This document shows, piece after piece, positions 33,738-37,262 of a DNA stretch of 37,262 nt. The number at the start of each line of letters is the position of its first letter. Position 1 is the first letter of the stretch. Source of the DNA: Gemmatimonadales bacterium (GTDB taxonomy: Bacteria; Gemmatimonadota; Gemmatimonadetes; Gemmatimonadales; GWC2-71-9); contig DAIPLK010000009.1 of the NCBI GenBank assembly GCA_036769285.1, forward strand, positions 1-37,262, read 5' to 3'. The position numbers and the translations under genes are program-made. The notes beneath the pieces were generated by a model, which did not search any database, had not been told where the DNA came from, and saw only the letters and a list, made by a program, of their open reading frames with translations.

Positions 33738-35620
33738 TAAGCTTGGCGGAGGCCGCCGTGCGGAACGGCCCGGAGGTCCACTCCACGATCGAGCCGATCG
33801 GCGAGCGCGAATCGGTCGGCGGGCTCCTGGCCCGCCAGGTCGAACACTTCCCCGAGGTCCCGGTCTTCGCGGAGCCCTGCGCCGGCCGGTTCCGGAAAGT
33901 GACGTGGTCCGAGTTCTGCCGCGAGGTCGTTGCGTTCGGCCGGTTCCTCTCGGCGTCGGGGATCGAGCGGGGGGACCGGGTCGCCATGTTCTCCCCCAAC
34001 CGGCGCGAGATGCTGGTCACCGAGTTCGCGACCATGAGCCTCGGTGCGATCTTCGTCCCCATCTTCCCGGGCTACGCCGCGGAGCAGGCCCGCGCCCTGG
34101 TGGCGCAGTGCCGTCCCACGGCGCTCGTGCTCCCCGGTCTGGAGCAGCTCGAGCGGACCGGGGTGCCACCGACCGCCCGCGTGGTGGTGACCTTCGAGCC
34201 GGTCGAGCCGTCGGCGTTCGAAACGGCGCGGGGGGTGACCGGCGCGGACCAGGTGCTGTTCGCCGATGCCCTTGCCCGCTTCGCCGTCGGCGGGGGCGAC
34301 CCCGCCCTGGCGGCATTCCTCGACCAGGCGGCGGCCGTGGATCCGAGCGACCCCGCCCTCATGATGTACACCTCGGGGACCAGCGGCCGGCTCAAGGGCG
34401 TCCTCCTCACCCACGACAACATCCTCTCCCAGCAGCGGGCGCTGTCGGCGATCTGGACCGTGTCGCCCGAGGACCGGTTCCTCTCCTACTTGCCCTGGCA
34501 CCACAGCTTCGGCGGCATCTTCGAGAAGTACACGGCGCTGTACCACGGGGCCACGCTCTACCTCGACGATTCCGCGGGAAAGGACTTCGACCGGCTCATC
34601 CGGAATTGGAAGGAAGTCCGCCCGACGATCTATTTCAGCGTGCCGAAGGTCTATCAGGAGCTGGTGGCGCACGCCCAGGCTCATCCCGAGGACGAGCGGG
34701 AGATCATCCACCCGGAGCTCCGCTTCGTCTTCACCGCGGCGGCGCCACTCCCCGCCAACCTCGCGGCGTTCTTTGCCGAGCGCGGGATCCCGGTGCTCGA
34801 AGGCTGGGGACTGACCGAAACCTCTCCGTGCTGCACCGTCACCGACCCGGCCGAGCCGCGCACCGTGCCGGGGATGGTCGGGTATCCGATTCCCGGAGTG
34901 AGGCTCTACCTCGCCCCGGACGGGGAGATCCTGGTCCAAGGTCCCAACGTCATGCGGGGATACTTCGACGATCCGGAGGCGACCGCCAAGGTGCTTCCCG
35001 GCGACGGGTGGTTCCGCACGGGGGACCTCGGGTCGCTCATCGGCGCGGGGCTGAGGCTCCAGGCGCGGAAGGACCGCATCTTCAAGATGTTCAACGCGGA
35101 AAAGATCATCCCCACCGAGCTGGAGAACCGGCTCGCCGGGATGAATCCGTATATCCGCCATGTGATCGTGGTGGGTCAGGGGCGGAGTCACCTCGCCGCG
35201 CTCATCTACCCCGATTACTTCCGCATCGCCCAGGAGTTCGGTGAGGATCGAGCCACGGCCGATCGGGTGGTGAAGGAGTCCATCCGCGATACCGTGCTCG
35301 CCTTCAACCGCGACCACCCGATCCCCTACGAGCACATCCTCGCGCTGGCGGTGATCACCCGGGAGCTTTCGATCGAGCACAACGAGCTGACTCCGTCCCT
35401 CAAGCTGCGGGTCAGCAACGTCCTCGAGCAGGCGGAGCCCTACCTCGAGGCCGTGTACGAGCCGAGCGCGGATTGCGACTGCACCTTCCTGCGAAAGGTC
35501 ATGCGGATGGACCCGGACACGCGCCAGTGTTTCGCGGGGCTCGAGTGCACGCTGGATCACTGCCACGAATGCGGCAACCTGCTGTTCGGGGACTCGGCCG
35601 ACAGCGTCACGAACCCCTGA
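33734..35620 (+). CDS. AMP-forming acyl-CoA synthetase (FadD/ACSL-like) with Cys-rich C-terminal extension
   Basis: 628 aa with MMYTSGTSGRLKGV, EGWGLTETS, WFRTGDLG and ELTPSLKLR. An extra 51-aa tail follows (SADCDC...QCF...ECT...HCHEC). There is an ATGA overlap with the upstream ATPase. Confidence 0.88.
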   Translation: MISLAEAAVRNGPEVHSTIEPIGERESVGGLLARQVEHFPEVPVFAEPCAGRFRKVTWSEFCREVVAFGRFLSASGIERGDRVAMFSPNRREMLVTEFATMSLGAIFVPIFPGYAAEQARALVAQCRPTALVLPGLEQLERTGVPPTARVVVTFEPVEPSAFETARGVTGADQVLFADALARFAVGGGDPALAAFLDQAAAVDPSDPALMMYTSGTSGRLKGVLLTHDNILSQQRALSAIWTVSPEDRFLSYLPWHHSFGGIFEKYTALYHGATLYLDDSAGKDFDRLIRNWKEVRPTIYFSVPKVYQELVAHAQAHPEDEREIIHPELRFVFTAAAPLPANLAAFFAERGIPVLEGWGLTETSPCCTVTDPAEPRTVPGMVGYPIPGVRLYLAPDGEILVQGPNVMRGYFDDPEATAKVLPGDGWFRTGDLGSLIGAGLRLQARKDRIFKMFNAEKIIPTELENRLAGMNPYIRHVIVVGQGRSHLAALIYPDYFRIAQEFGEDRATADRVVKESIRDTVLAFNRDHPIPYEHILALAVITRELSIEHNELTPSLKLRVSNVLEQAEPYLEAVYEPSADCDCTFLRKVMRMDPDTRQCFAGLECTLDHCHECGNLLFGDSADSVTNP

Positions 35621-35636
35621 GGGGGATGCGCAGACG

Positions 35637-36713
35637 ATGACGCCGGTCAGGGAAACCTGGGACCGTTGGGTGATGACGAGCCCCAACGCGCCATTCGAAC
35701 GGCGCGAGACGCCCCGGCGGGCGCCCGGGCCCGGCGAGGCGGTGGTGGAGGTGGCCGGGTGCGGGGTCTGCCACACGGACCTGTCGTTCCTCTATCAGGG
35801 GGTCAAGACCCGCCAGCCGCCGCCGCTCGTGCTCGGCCACGAGATCAGCGGATTCGTGAGGGAGGTCGGGAACGGCGCCGATTCGGGACTGGTGGGTCGC
35901 GCGGTCGTCGTCCCCGCGGTGCTCCCCTGCGGTGAATGCGACCTCTGCCGCGCCGGGCTCCGGACCATCTGCCGCCGCCAGGTCATGCCGGGGAACGACC
36001 GGGACGGCGGCTTCGCTTCTCACTTGGTGGTTCCCGCCAGGTTCCTCTGTCCCGTCTCGGAGTCGGTCCTCGCCGAACACGACCTGTGGCAGCTGGCGGT
36101 CGTGTCGGACGCGGTGGCGACGCCGTTCCAGGCGGTCAAGCGCTCCGGGCTCGCCGCGGGTGAGCTGGCGGTGTTCGTCGGCGTCGGCGGGATCGGCATC
36201 CACGGCGTGCAGGTTGCCGCAGCGGTCGGGGCCACCGTCATCGGGCTCGACCTGGACGACCAGAAGCTGGAGCAGGCGGCCTCCGCCGGCGCGCATGCGA
36301 CGCTCAACGTGAGGGGCGTCCCGGGGAAGGAGGTCCGGAAGCAGGTGAAGGCCCAGGCCGAGGCGCTCGGCGCACCGGCCCACTGCTGGAAGATCTTCGA
36401 GATGTCTGGTACCGCCGCCGGGCAGGAGACCGCGTTCTCCCTCCTGGGATTCGGGGCGTCACTGGCCGTGGTCGGCTTCACCCAGGACCGGGTCGAGATC
36501 TGCCTTTCCAACCTCATGGCCTTCGATGCCGTGGCACGGGGAAACTGGGGAGCCGATCCGCTGCTGTACCCCGAGCTGCTCGGGTGGGTTGCCGACGGCC
36601 GGATCAAGGTGAAGCCGTTCGTCGAGCGGCACCCGCTCGACCGCATCAACGCGATCTTCGAAGCGGCCCACCAGGGCCGCCTCCTCCGGCGAGTCGTGCT
36701 GGTCCCTTCCTGA
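35637..36713 (+). CDS. Zn-dependent medium-chain alcohol dehydrogenase (Had-like candidate: 6-hydroxycyclohex-1-ene-1-carbonyl-CoA dehydrogenase)
   Basis: 358 aa with AGCGVCHTDLSF, LGHEISG, structural-Zn motif CGECDLCRAGLRTIC and Rossmann motif VFVGVGGIG. The Had assignment comes from context and from recalling that Had is a Zn-ADH family member. An alternative start is at 35673. Confidence 0.85.
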   Translation: MTPVRETWDRWVMTSPNAPFERRETPRRAPGPGEAVVEVAGCGVCHTDLSFLYQGVKTRQPPPLVLGHEISGFVREVGNGADSGLVGRAVVVPAVLPCGECDLCRAGLRTICRRQVMPGNDRDGGFASHLVVPARFLCPVSESVLAEHDLWQLAVVSDAVATPFQAVKRSGLAAGELAVFVGVGGIGIHGVQVAAAVGATVIGLDLDDQKLEQAASAGAHATLNVRGVPGKEVRKQVKAQAEALGAPAHCWKIFEMSGTAAGQETAFSLLGFGASLAVVGFTQDRVEICLSNLMAFDAVARGNWGADPLLYPELLGWVADGRIKVKPFVERHPLDRINAIFEAAHQGRLLRRVVLVPS

Positions 36714-36730
36714 TCCCGAGGAGCAGGGCC

Positions 36731-37262
36731 ATGAGAGCCATCGAGATCCTGATGCAGGAGCATCGGAACATCGAACGGGTGCTCGACGCGATGCAGACGA
36801 TGGCCGATCGCCTCGAGCGGGGTGGCGAAGTCCGTCCGGGATTCTTTCTCGAGGCCGCGGGATTCTTCGCGGACTATGCCGACGGCGTCCACCACCACAA
36901 GGAGGAGGACGTCCTGTTCGACTCGATCATCGCCGGCGGCATGCCGGCCGAGCACGGCCCGATCCCGGTGATGCTGCTGGAGCACGAGCAGGGGCGGGCG
37001 CTCATCCGGGGCGTCCGGGACGCCGCCCGCAGACTGGAGGGGGGCGACGACTCGGCCCGCCGGGAGCTGGTCTCCAGGGCTCGGGGCTACATCGCGCTGC
37101 TCCGGGATCACATCGCCAAGGAGGACGAGGTCCTCTTTCCGATGGCGGACGAGCTCCTCTCCGTTGCAGCTCAGGCGGACGTACTGGAGGGGTTCGGCCG
37201 AGCGGAGAGGGAGGACGGGCCAGGGGCGGTGGAGGAGCTGCTGGCCGTGGCGGAGCGGCTCG
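36731..37262 (+). CDS. Hemerythrin-like (HHE cation-binding) domain protein, 3'-truncated by the window end
   Basis: Hand-translated, and not in the ORF track because there is no stop in the window: MRAIEILMQEHRNIERVLD...GVHHHKEEDVLF...VMLLEHEQG...LRDHIAKEDEVLFPMADE. The H/E metal-ligand spacing is typical of hemerythrin-like domains. The RBS GAGGAG lies upstream. Confidence 0.8.
   Translation, partial: MRAIEILMQEHRNIERVLDAMQTMADRLERGGEVRPGFFLEAAGFFADYADGVHHHKEEDVLFDSIIAGGMPAEHGPIPVMLLEHEQGRALIRGVRDAARRLEGGDDSARRELVSRARGYIALLRDHIAKEDEVLFPMADELLSVAAQADVLEGFGRAEREDGPGAVEELLAVAERL

Noticed and set aside
1-37262. Search for CRISPR arrays, rRNA, IS elements, and phage or defence-system genes.
   Set aside because: None was seen. 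There are no spaced direct repeats, no transposase, integrase or recombinase-like ORFs, and no nuclease/helicase/methylase sets typical of defence islands.

Overview
This is a very GC-rich bacterial chromosomal segment (third codon positions are almost all G/C); I cannot assign a taxon from the sequence alone. The first 15.7 kb carry housekeeping and envelope genes on both strands. These are a group II PLP decarboxylase, an EamA permease, an AlkA-type glycosylase, a PAS/Fis-HTH (PpsR-like) regulator, tRNA-Asn(GTT) with its own intrinsic terminator, a conspicuously AT-rich spacer, holB-moaC, two lytic transglycosylases (one MltD-like with LysM repeats), several small hypotheticals, a DUF2064 + GT2 transferase pair, ilvE, and a fused 3-hydroxyacyl-CoA dehydrogenase/enoyl-CoA hydratase. 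From 15840 to the window end (about 21.4 kb), 18 genes lie on the + strand, separated by 0-31 nt or joined by overlapping stop/start codons. They begin with a Thauera/Rhodopseudomonas-type class I benzoyl-CoA reductase (bcrCBAD) and a xanthine-dehydrogenase-family molybdoenzyme (FAD subunit plus fused 2Fe-2S/Moco subunit). Next come a TetR regulator, a thiolase, an Oah/BamA-like ring-cleaving crotonase with a zinc-ribbon tail, an SDR and a Dch/BadK-like hydratase. The most unusual part follows: a second, apparently uncharacterised BCR / 2-hydroxyacyl-CoA-dehydratase-like module. It consists of a ketopantoate-reductase domain fused to an HGD-D core subunit, an ATPase, a second HGD-D subunit and a second ATPase. 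This module is translationally coupled to an acyl-CoA synthetase with a Cys-rich tail, and is followed by a Had-like Zn-ADH and a hemerythrin-like gene cut by the window end. I saw no rRNA, CRISPR array, transposase or integrase. All family assignments rest on motif recognition by eye and need HMM/BLAST confirmation.
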